28,047 nucleotides of DNA from Bdellovibrionia bacterium (GTDB taxonomy: Bacteria > Bdellovibrionota > UBA1018). The translations under genes were made by a program, and so were the position numbers. The notes beneath the pieces are model-generated. The model was not told the origin of the DNA. It made no database searches and was given only the letters and a program-made list of their open reading frames with translations. The stretch's first letter is position 1. Each line of letters starts with the position of its first letter. Positions 1 through 7,702 of the stretch are shown here, one piece after another. The stretch is from positions 1 through 28,047 of the forward strand of contig JBJMMA010000086.1 of assembly GCA_045805065.1 (NCBI GenBank), given 5' to 3'.

Positions 1-20
1 ACAATCAATACCTAAACGAC

Positions 21-365
21 TCACATAAGATCAACAACCTTAGTCGTGATGTTAATTTCGTTACCAACCATCTCAACGGTTGAAACTGATCGATCGAGTT
101 TTCCTTCAACCGTCTCATCCCAATCCAGAAACTGGGATAGAAGTCCCTTTTGAACAAAGGCGATCTTTTCGGCAAGCTCATCGGAGTGCTGCGGATCCAT
201 CAGGCGCGCAACGTCTTGATAGAGCGTAATACTTCCTGCACCGTAAACTCGTGAGAGCTCTTTGTCATCCAGCCGGGTCATGGCTGAAGCATTCAGGCTT
301 CCCATCACAAGCATTGAAAAAGCGGCACTCAGAACAAGAAAACGAAAAGGGTTCAGGTTTTTCAT
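21..365 (-). CDS. Secreted hypothetical protein with a DUF6160/FilA-like N-terminal motif
   Basis: Likely start is MKNLNPF at 365. A signal peptide ending ASA is followed by MTRLDDKELSRVYGAG, which resembles the LDDxELSxVxG motif. Confidence 0.55.
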   Translation of the reverse strand: MKNLNPFRFLVLSAAFSMLVMGSLNASAMTRLDDKELSRVYGAGSITLYQDVARLMDPQHSDELAEKIAFVQKGLLSQFLDWDETVEGKLDRSVSTVEMVGNEINITTKVVDLM

Positions 366-409
366 GCGTACCTGAGTACTATCGTCAGGAATAAAACGCA
401 ACAGCTAGT

Positions 410-916
410 TTAACCCTTGGACATCAATAACTTAACTCGCTCCCACATTCGATCAAAGTGTGAGCCCTTCCAATAAACCCGCTCACAGCGCGGACAGAGA
501 AAGAACTCACTAAACTGAAGTCTCACATGTCCTGGCAAGCGATCCTCAAGCTGATGAGGTTTCACAGGAAGAATCGGGCTATTGCACTGCAAACAGCGCG
601 AGAGAAATCCCTGCATGGAGCTGATCTTGGTGCGAAGATCGAAGTGATCCGCAATCTCAATGAGTTGCTCATCCGGATCGGTTGCTTTGACGTAATGGCA
701 AAGCGCGGGATCAGCGCTCTCTGAAAGCGCGCGATCGCGCGTCAGCAAGATACGATCATCCGTCTTGGAAATCTCAAGAAGCTCGGGATCCGTGTAATCA
801 TCTTTCCAAAGCGTATCAAACCCGACCATCCGCAGATGGCGAGCCAGCTTTCCCAGATGCACATCCAGAACAAAGCGGTAACTCAGTCGTGCTGGTGGTT
901 TAATGTTTTCGCTCAT
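410..916 (-). CDS. Mut7-C RNase (PIN-like, DUF82) domain protein with C-terminal Zn ribbon
   Basis: Motifs RFVLDVHLGKLARHLRMVGFDT, RILLTRDR, SRCLQCN and CPRCERVYWKGSH. Start taken at ATG 916, overlapping the corA end. Confidence 0.9.
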   Translation of the reverse strand: MSENIKPPARLSYRFVLDVHLGKLARHLRMVGFDTLWKDDYTDPELLEISKTDDRILLTRDRALSESADPALCHYVKATDPDEQLIEIADHFDLRTKISSMQGFLSRCLQCNSPILPVKPHQLEDRLPGHVRLQFSEFFLCPRCERVYWKGSHFDRMWERVKLLMSKG

Positions 917-1811
917 AACGAATTTGGCGTCGGCGTCTTGCGTCTTTTCCGAAGTAGCCACCCTTTTGAATGCTCAGATAAAAAACTGCCACGGTTGTTA
1001 CCATGACACACATAGAGAGGTAAAAAAATTTCGCTGAACCATAAGGCATGATCTGAAAATTGGTTCCAAAGAAACCCGTCCAGAAAGTCAGCGGCAAAAA
1101 GACCGCGGCAAGCGCCGTAAGCCTTTCCATCTGATCGTTGACCAGCTTGGATGTCCAGCCCCAGTAGATATCCAGCGCAGATGCCGATTGCTGCTGAAAC
1201 GTTTCCATCGCCTGCCGGTTTCTCTCAGCGTGATCCCACACGTCGCGCCATCGCCAACGAAGGTCTCCCTCGGGCTTGCAGATCTCAGTCCATTGCTTAA
1301 TGACAGAAGGCAGGGCCGCGATTCTGGGAGCCGCAGCACCTACTTGGTGCTTGAGCCTTAAAAGTGATCTTGGGTCGAGATCCCGAGTAAAAATCTGAGA
1401 CTCCAGCAATGCAAGCCGATCATAAAACGCGCGAATCGACGTCTCAGACATATCCACGATCTGATCCATCGCCTGATACAAAATCGAGGATACCGACTCG
1501 CACGTCGGACTGATTTTAAGGAACTGATACCAGCTCTCGGAACCCTTCGGGAGAGCAGCGTCTGTCACAAGGATGATTGATTTTGGAAAAATCACGAACT
1601 GAAACTCCAGGACCTCAAGCTCTCTGATCGCGTGGATCACAAGAAACTGATGGACCTCGAAGTCTTCGTACTTGGAGCGTTGATTTCGATGAAGGCAGTC
1701 CTCCACCGCAAGCGGATGGATCCCGCGCTCATTCGCAAGTGTAGTCAGATCAGGCTCTAGCGGCGGTGTGATTTCAATCCATTCCAAACCACCGTTTTTA
1801 CGAGTCAGCAT
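900..1811 (-). CDS. corA: CorA-family divalent cation (Mg/Co) transporter
   Basis: IHPLAVEDCLHRNQRSKYE, a long helical stalk, and N-xx-M-ERLT...FLPLTFWTGFFGTNF with two C-terminal TM helices. Confidence 0.88.
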   Translation of the reverse strand: MLTRKNGGLEWIEITPPLEPDLTTLANERGIHPLAVEDCLHRNQRSKYEDFEVHQFLVIHAIRELEVLEFQFVIFPKSIILVTDAALPKGSESWYQFLKISPTCESVSSILYQAMDQIVDMSETSIRAFYDRLALLESQIFTRDLDPRSLLRLKHQVGAAAPRIAALPSVIKQWTEICKPEGDLRWRWRDVWDHAERNRQAMETFQQQSASALDIYWGWTSKLVNDQMERLTALAAVFLPLTFWTGFFGTNFQIMPYGSAKFFYLSMCVMVTTVAVFYLSIQKGGYFGKDARRRRQIRYERKH

Positions 1812-1817
1812 CCCCGC

Positions 1818-1845
1818 ATCTTATGACAGACGCCTGCTCAGTCAA
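1818..1845 (-). promoter_or_regulatory. Putative sigma70 promoter of corA (leaderless geometry)
   Basis: Minus strand reads TTGACT-N16-TAAGAT-N6-ATG. Confidence 0.55.
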
Positions 1846-1884
1846 GCGCCCAGCAGATTTCTGCTCCTACCTTAGGTTCCCACC

Positions 1885-2304
1885 TCAGGCTCCCATGAGC
1901 CGCGAAGGTGGAACATCATCTATATCGAGGGCTCTTTGTCCTTCTGAACCGGCTGATCCGGCGTCCAGTGTGTTACCTTCGCCTTCTTTCATTTGAGCTC
2001 CAAACCGATTTGTAAACCAGCCCGTAACTCGTCCCATCAGAGCGCTTTGACCATATCTTTTAGCCACAAAGTAAATTCCTAAACCCAGGCCGATTGCCCC
2101 AAGTGCCATTGGAAGATATGATTTTGACTTGTTTAGGAAATTGGACGTCGTCTCTTCTCCTTCCACTCCGCCGAGTGCCTCAAGCTCCTCAGGGTTCACG
2201 TGATGTTGCTCGGTAGGATCGGGCATTTCGCCGCCTGCAGTATGCTTGATGGGAGTTTCGTTCAAAGATGTTGACTGGGATGTCGAGCGAGTTCGTATAG
2301 CCAT
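1885..2304 (-). CDS. Hypothetical single-TM, acidic and largely disordered protein
   Basis: ATG 2304 is preceded by a GGAGG SD. One hydrophobic segment, LPMALGAIGLGLGIYFVA. Confidence 0.75.
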   Translation of the reverse strand: MAIRTRSTSQSTSLNETPIKHTAGGEMPDPTEQHHVNPEELEALGGVEGEETTSNFLNKSKSYLPMALGAIGLGLGIYFVAKRYGQSALMGRVTGWFTNRFGAQMKEGEGNTLDAGSAGSEGQRALDIDDVPPSRLMGA

Positions 2305-2338
2305 AAAAAACCTCCTGGTTCGCCCAATGAGCTGAAAG

Positions 2339-2354
2339 TGCAATCATGACGCCA
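2339..2354 (-). promoter_or_regulatory. Putative sigma54 -24/-12 promoter
   Basis: Minus strand reads TGGCGTCATGATTGCA (GG-N10-GC), upstream of 1885..2304. Confidence 0.6.
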
Positions 2355-2399
2355 GAGGTGATACTTGAGCCCTAAGGCTGCTTGTGCGATGTCTGAGAA

Positions 2400-2843
2400 A
2401 TGAACAATCTCCCTAAACTCATTTCCATTCTTTCAGTCAGCTTGGCTCTCTTGTCCCAACCCGGATCTTCTTTTGCTGCTGGAGCAAGCTCCAAATCCAT
2501 TCAGGGAACCGTCCAAATTACCAAGCAACTCAAAGATAAGCTCTCTTCGACGGCTGCTCTTTATATCATTGCTCGCCCGAATGGAGTGACTGCAGGTCCC
2601 CCGGTAGCCGTGAAGCGTTTCACGACGCCGCTTAATTTCCCGATCTCGTTTGAGATCACAGCCAACGACGCGATGATGCCAGGCACGCCGCTTGAGGGAG
2701 AGTTCACGCTCATGGCGCGAGTCTCTCAGAAAGGCTCTGCATCCCCTGCCGCTGCAGGAGATCTTCTTGCTTCAAAACCAGTCAATGGCGTGAAGCCTGG
2801 CAGAAAGCCAGTCACGATTGAGATTAACGAAGAAAAAAAGTGA
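2400..2843 (+). CDS. Secreted Ig-like protein resembling the CcmI/CycH C-terminal domain
   Basis: Signal peptide, then LYIIARP..GPPVAVKR, FPISFEITANDAMMPG and ARVSQKGSA...GDL. Confidence 0.8.
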   Translation: MNNLPKLISILSVSLALLSQPGSSFAAGASSKSIQGTVQITKQLKDKLSSTAALYIIARPNGVTAGPPVAVKRFTTPLNFPISFEITANDAMMPGTPLEGEFTLMARVSQKGSASPAAAGDLLASKPVNGVKPGRKPVTIEINEEKK

Positions 2844-2847
2844 TTCT

Positions 2848-4086
2848 CTAGTCGATCAACTCGACTCTAAGGACATGCTCGCGGATCGCCTGAATCACGG
2901 CCTGGCTGTGTTCAGGCCCGCGGGTCTCAAGAGTCAAAGCCACATCCGTTTGATCAATCGTGGTCGATGGCTCGCTTCGATCATGAATCGCCTGCAGAAT
3001 ATTTGCGCCTTGTTTCGCAATGAGATCGGTCAAGCGCGCAAGGGAGCCTGGACGATCCGAGACCAGAACGTTGATTCTCAAGCGGCGTCCCGCGCGAATC
3101 AATCCGCGGTCAATGATTCTTGAAATCAAGTTGACGTCAATGTTGCCACCGCTGATGACGAGGACGACTTTCTTTCCTTTGATTTTCTTTTTCACCTGAT
3201 CCAGCACTGCCAAAGGAAGCGCTCCAGCCCCCTCGACAACGACCTTTGCTTTCTCAAGCAATGTCAGAACGGCTGCGGCAATCGCTTCATCGTCAGCCTC
3301 AAGCGCTTCATGAACGCGAGACTTGAGTACTCCGAAAATCTTTTCGCTCGATTTTCCAACGGCGATTCCATCGGCAAAAGTATCGGCCCGTCCTGGCTTG
3401 CAGACTCTGCCCTGATGCAGGGATCTGACCATAGTCGAGGCACCTGATGCCTGTCCCCCAATGATGTAAGCTTGAGGATGAAGCTCATGCATGACGAGAG
3501 AGAGTCCTGCCAGAAGCCCCCCTCCCCCGATTGAGCTCACAACGACATCCACGTCAGGAAGCTGCTCCAGGATCTCAAGGCCCACCGTCCCCTGCCCTGC
3601 GACGATGGCAGGATCTTCAAACGCATGGACGTAAACTCGGCCTGTCTTTTTGGCGACTTTCCAGGCGTACTCATAAGCCTCGTCATAGCTATCGCCCTGG
3701 AGCTCCACCTCAGCACCCAGCGCGCGGGTGTTTTGGATTTTGACCAAAGGCGCGCCTCTAGGCATCACGATCAACGCCTTGACCCCAAGCTGCCTTGCAG
3801 CCCAGGCAACGCCTTGCGCGTGGTTTCCGGCGCTGGCTGCAATTACGCCGCGTTTTTTTTCTTCCGGGGAGAGCTTTGAAATTTTGTAAATTGCGCCGCG
3901 GATCTTGAATGATCCGATGGGCTGCATGTTTTCAAGCTTAAGATAGAGCTCGCATCCCAAGGATTCGGAGAGCCAGGAGTTCAAAAGAAGCGGGGTTGGC
4001 TCAAGGTAGCGATGAATGACTTGCTTGGCGTCTTGAATATCAGCCAGCGAGATAGAAAATCCGGATTTCTTTTTGCGGGATGCCAT
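2848..4086 (-). CDS. ilvA: Threonine ammonia-lyase with a single C-terminal ACT domain
   Basis: KLENMQPIGSFKIRGA (PLP Lys), ASAGNHAQG, IGGGGL, SGGNID, and ACT motif DRPGSLARL. Confidence 0.93.
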   Translation of the reverse strand: MASRKKKSGFSISLADIQDAKQVIHRYLEPTPLLLNSWLSESLGCELYLKLENMQPIGSFKIRGAIYKISKLSPEEKKRGVIAASAGNHAQGVAWAARQLGVKALIVMPRGAPLVKIQNTRALGAEVELQGDSYDEAYEYAWKVAKKTGRVYVHAFEDPAIVAGQGTVGLEILEQLPDVDVVVSSIGGGGLLAGLSLVMHELHPQAYIIGGQASGASTMVRSLHQGRVCKPGRADTFADGIAVGKSSEKIFGVLKSRVHEALEADDEAIAAAVLTLLEKAKVVVEGAGALPLAVLDQVKKKIKGKKVVLVISGGNIDVNLISRIIDRGLIRAGRRLRINVLVSDRPGSLARLTDLIAKQGANILQAIHDRSEPSTTIDQTDVALTLETRGPEHSQAVIQAIREHVLRVELID

Positions 4087-4117
4087 CCCATCAAGATATC
4101 TGCGTCACGATTTGGAA

Positions 4118-5119
4118 TCAAGCTGCGCGACGAGCCGGCTTTCCATGGGCTCCAGGAGCAACGGCAAATGCAGGCCGGTACACCCAGACCGGGCATTGAG
4201 CATTCCGAATGACATGTCGAGTAATGCTTCCTAAAAGCGTAGAAGCAATCGGACCTGAGCGCGATTCCATGGCAACTAGATCCGCGTTTCGGCTTTTCGC
4301 CAGGTAGACAATCGAATCACCAATATCGCTTCCCTGCACGTCCACAATGACTTCAGTTGGAACACCCTGGTTCTCAGCCCAGCGAGCCCAAGCCTCTGCT
4401 CTACGGCGATGACGATCGGTCTCAACTGAGAAGTAGGCCTGCACAGGAACCCACGATCCTCCGGCCAGATAAGCTCCGCTTTGAAGGATCGGCTCCACAG
4501 GATGTGGAATGGTATGGAAGAGAACGATTCTCGCTCCCAATCCATGTGCCTGATCAACAATTTTACGAAAGACTGCCTTTGCCTTCGTTCCAAACTGAGT
4601 GGGCACCAAGATGGTTTGAATTTTTGGCGAGATTTTGATCTTGGGTCGCAAGATCACCACAGGTACGTGCGAATACTGGATCACGTTCTCAGCAAAGCTT
4701 CCGGTGAGAAACCGTCCCAGGCCTTTTCGACCATGACCGGGAACCACGATCATTTCCGCATTCATTGCCTTAGCGTGCATCGCAAGCGAACGTGCGGCTT
4801 GTGCAGTGGCCGTGAAATTTTCCGCGATCACTTCCGGGTGCGCCATATTCGCCACCTGAATGTCCTTGAGCGCATGCTCGAGAGCTTTTTGAGCCGCTTC
4901 CCGGTACTGCTCCAGCCAAAGGCCGCTGAACTCGATTGTGAGATTGATATCACCAGGGCTTAAAACATAAACGGGAACCACTTCGATGTGTCCCCAGTTC
5001 TGTTGACGAGCGAGAGAATTCAGCAATTGAGGAGCAAGCGAGCGAAGGTGTTCCGGATCATCAAAAGCATCGACCGCCCATACAATCCTGCGGGGAACAG
5101 CACTCTTCTCGTCATTCAT
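4118..5119 (-). CDS. Tandem-domain universal stress protein
   Basis: Two USP modules: IVWAVD...GHGRKGLGRFLTGSFAE..VPVVI and ILVPT...LLGSITRHVIRNAQCPVWV. Confidence 0.9.
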   Translation of the reverse strand: MNDEKSAVPRRIVWAVDAFDDPEHLRSLAPQLLNSLARQQNWGHIEVVPVYVLSPGDINLTIEFSGLWLEQYREAAQKALEHALKDIQVANMAHPEVIAENFTATAQAARSLAMHAKAMNAEMIVVPGHGRKGLGRFLTGSFAENVIQYSHVPVVILRPKIKISPKIQTILVPTQFGTKAKAVFRKIVDQAHGLGARIVLFHTIPHPVEPILQSGAYLAGGSWVPVQAYFSVETDRHRRRAEAWARWAENQGVPTEVIVDVQGSDIGDSIVYLAKSRNADLVAMESRSGPIASTLLGSITRHVIRNAQCPVWVYRPAFAVAPGAHGKPARRAA

Positions 5120-5131
5120 CCCCTTATGCGA

Positions 5132-5147
5132 AGCATTGGGTATGCCA
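5132..5147 (-). promoter_or_regulatory. Putative sigma54 -24/-12 promoter of the USP gene
   Basis: Minus strand reads TGGCATACCCAATGCT (GG-N10-GC). Confidence 0.6.
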
Positions 5148-5179
5148 CGAGAGGAATGAGCCGGTAGCCGTCCGCTTGA

Positions 5180-5392
5180 TTAGTGCTTGTGGCCGGGATG
5201 ACAGGAATGACACCCGTGGTAATAAGTGCTTTCACGCTGATCTCCCTGCCCCGACACGCGGAAGCCTGAGATCAATTTCTTGGTGTCTTTCCCATGGCAT
5301 TTCGGGCACTTACCCTGATCCACATCCGTGGACGAAGTAATCTGTTCAAACTGATGTTTACAGTGCTCACAGTAGAATTCGTAAAGTGCCAT
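5180..5392 (-). CDS. FmdB-family zinc ribbon protein
   Basis: MALYEFYCEHCKHQFE...CPKCHG...KKLIS, with a C-terminal GCHSCH. Confidence 0.88.
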   Translation of the reverse strand: MALYEFYCEHCKHQFEQITSSTDVDQGKCPKCHGKDTKKLISGFRVSGQGDQRESTYYHGCHSCHPGHKH

Positions 5393-5517
5393 GCTTCTCA
5401 TTTTACAGGAACCCTACCTGAGCGCTAGTCGGCAAAATTCGCCTGTGATATTGGCCCTATGAGTTGGCAATGAGGCGGTTGTATGCTTTAACTGCATTCA
5501 TCTAATCGCCAATTGGG

Positions 5518-5594
5518 GACCCCATAGCTCAACTGGATAGAGCACCAGCCTTCTAAGCTGGGGGTTGCAGGTTCGATTCCTGCTGGGGTCGCCA
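5518..5594 (+). tRNA. tRNA-Arg (anticodon TCT), CCA encoded
   Basis: Acceptor stem GACCCCA/TGGGGTC, D arm GCTC..GAGC, anticodon arm CCAGC-CTTCTAA-GCTGG, T arm GCAGG-TTCGATT-CCTGC, 3' end GCCA. Confidence 0.97.
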
Positions 5595-5595
5595 T

Positions 5596-6105
5596 TTACG
5601 CAGCTTTTTGAACAATCTCGTGTGAAGTCTTCTGCTGAGGCATTTCGCCCTTCTTCACTTCTTTCAAAAAGCCTTTCTTGAGTTGAAGAAACTCTTCGGC
5701 CATCTGAGTGGCAAGCTTGTTATCGAAAGCCTTCCTCGCCTTCTCGAAAAGCTCTTCTTCCTCTTCCTTGATGTGATGCTCAAGAGATTCCTTGGCGACG
5801 CTCAGGAGCGCGGTCCATCTTTTGTCGTTGGGAGCGGTGGCTTCGAGTTGCTCCAGCAAACGATCCACGACAGCATGCTCTTCGTATCCTTCGAAAGCGA
5901 GATCGTCAGCTTCTTTCACTTCACACTTTTTTAAACGATCGTAGAATACCTGCTCTTCGGCACGGGAGTGCGGAACAATGGCTTCCTTGAGCTGCTTCAA
6001 GAGCTGAACGCGCTTTTGAGGAGCTTCCTCCGTGGTCTTCTCGAGCTGTTTGAGCAATTGTTTGACGAGTCTGTGATCCGACTTAAGCACGGTGTAGATT
6101 TGCAT
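5596..6105 (-). CDS. Hemerythrin/HHE cation-binding domain protein
   Basis: LKSDH, HSRAEEQVFY, EEH, and HHIKEEEEELF. Start taken at ATG 6105. Confidence 0.9.
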   Translation of the reverse strand: MQIYTVLKSDHRLVKQLLKQLEKTTEEAPQKRVQLLKQLKEAIVPHSRAEEQVFYDRLKKCEVKEADDLAFEGYEEHAVVDRLLEQLEATAPNDKRWTALLSVAKESLEHHIKEEEEELFEKARKAFDNKLATQMAEEFLQLKKGFLKEVKKGEMPQQKTSHEIVQKAA

Positions 6106-6118
6106 GAGTTTAAGCCGG

Positions 6119-6134
6119 TGCAACGGCTATGCCC
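6119..6134 (-). promoter_or_regulatory. Putative sigma54 -24/-12 promoter of the hemerythrin gene
   Basis: Minus strand reads GGGCATAGCCGTTGCA (GG-N10-GC). Confidence 0.55.
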
Positions 6135-6212
6135 GCTTCCTTGAATTCTTACATGCATATGATGCAATCAGGCATGACAACAGGAAGCGGCGCACATATC
6201 ATGAGAACATCT

Positions 6213-7697
6213 ATGCAAATTCTAACGACCTTGGGCATTTCACGCGAAGTTCAGGCCGTCTTTACGCCAGAAACTATCTCCGAACTCGTCAGCAAATACA
6301 GTGAGCTCAAAAGCCAGCACAAGTCGATCTCCGTGGTCTCAAGAGGAAATAACTGGGGATATGGTTGCCGTGCCCCAATCGAAGAGAATGGCCTGCTCAT
6401 CGATTTGAGCCGATGCGCTGCAATCTGCGAATTTGATTCTTATCATGGAACTGTGACGCTTGAGCCGGGTGTCTCATATGGTCAGCTTGCTGCCTTTCTC
6501 AAAGAGCAAGGAGGCCAGTGGATCGCCCCTGTTCATGGCGGTGGCCCGGATTGCTCAGTCATAGGAAACGCACTGGAGCGAGGCTACGGAATCACTCCTT
6601 ATACGGATCATTTCGGAGCGGTCCTCACGCTTGAGGCGATTCTAGAGAACGGGACCCTGTACGAAGGCTCTTTGAAAAAACTTGGGCAAGAGAAGCTCGA
6701 TAAGCTCTTCAAGTATGGCGTAGGCCCCTATTACGATGGAGTCTTCACTCAGTCAGGAGTCGGCATTGTCACGAAGATGACCATCAAGCTTGCTCCAAAG
6801 CCAAAGTACATCGAGATGTTTTACTTTGCCCTGAAAGACGACACGCAGATCAAAGAAGTCGTTGAAGCAACCAAGATCTCCAAGCGAGACCTGGGATCCA
6901 TCCTGGGAGGCATCAATCTGATGAACCGCGAGAGATGCCTCAGCATGCTTGCCGATTATCCGCTCGAGAAGATCAAAAACGCGCAACCGCTGGATGACAA
7001 CGAAGTCCGCGACTTAGCCATGCGATATCAGGCTCCACACTGGATGATCGCGGGCACGCTGTATGGCGATAAGGCTCTTGTTAAAGCCGCAAAAAAGCGC
7101 ATTAAAGAAAATTTCAAGTCCGTCAGAAAGCGTCAGTTCTATTTCAATTCGACCAACAAAAAAATTGTTCCTTATGTTGGCAAACTCTTGAACGCAATCG
7201 GCCTCACTTCCGTCAAAAAGAGCCTGGACTCGATGTCAATGGGCTTTGACATCATCAACGGCACACCCAATAACGTCGCGCTCAAACTCGCGTACTGGAA
7301 GCATGAGGATAAGGATCTCGTGAAAAACGAAAACCTGAATCCCAATCGCGATGGCTGCGGACTGATCTGGTACGCGCCACTGGTCGAGATGAAGCCCGAC
7401 GTTGTTGTCTCATACATCGACTTTGTGAATGAGGCAGCGCGGAAGTTCAACATGAACCCGCTGATCACGCTCACGACCGTCGATGATCTTTGCTATGATT
7501 CGACGGTGCCGATTGTCTTCAATATGCAGAGCGAGCAGGATCGGGAGATTGCTCGGACCTATTTCGAATACCTCTTTGCGGAAGGCGCTCGAAGAGGGTT
7601 CTTCCCTTATCGCTTCAGCATTGAGACACAGAAAAAGCTCAACATCCAGAATCCGCTTCTGAAGCCAGCTTCGGTCAATCCGAGCCGGTATCAGTAA
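6213..7697 (+). CDS. FAD-binding oxidoreductase, VAO/p-cresol methylhydroxylase flavoprotein family
   Basis: SRGNNWGYG, LEPGVSY, SVIGNALERGYGITPY, KYGVGPYYDGVFTQS.GIVTKM and GFFPYR. The start is uncertain (6129-6213). Confidence 0.85.
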   Translation: MQILTTLGISREVQAVFTPETISELVSKYSELKSQHKSISVVSRGNNWGYGCRAPIEENGLLIDLSRCAAICEFDSYHGTVTLEPGVSYGQLAAFLKEQGGQWIAPVHGGGPDCSVIGNALERGYGITPYTDHFGAVLTLEAILENGTLYEGSLKKLGQEKLDKLFKYGVGPYYDGVFTQSGVGIVTKMTIKLAPKPKYIEMFYFALKDDTQIKEVVEATKISKRDLGSILGGINLMNRERCLSMLADYPLEKIKNAQPLDDNEVRDLAMRYQAPHWMIAGTLYGDKALVKAAKKRIKENFKSVRKRQFYFNSTNKKIVPYVGKLLNAIGLTSVKKSLDSMSMGFDIINGTPNNVALKLAYWKHEDKDLVKNENLNPNRDGCGLIWYAPLVEMKPDVVVSYIDFVNEAARKFNMNPLITLTTVDDLCYDSTVPIVFNMQSEQDREIARTYFEYLFAEGARRGFFPYRFSIETQKKLNIQNPLLKPASVNPSRYQ

Positions 7698-7702
7698 AAA
7701 AG

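Noticed and set aside
410..916. Mut7-C as a toxin-antitoxin toxin
   Set aside because: There is no adjacent antitoxin-like gene, and standalone DUF82 proteins are common.
917..961. Upstream GTG start for Mut7-C
   Set aside because: It lies deep inside corA. ATG 916 is more parsimonious.
1852..1865. Palindrome AGCAGA-TT-TCTGCT as a terminator
   Set aside because: The 2-nt loop and missing U tract argue against it. It could be an operator, but that is unsupported.
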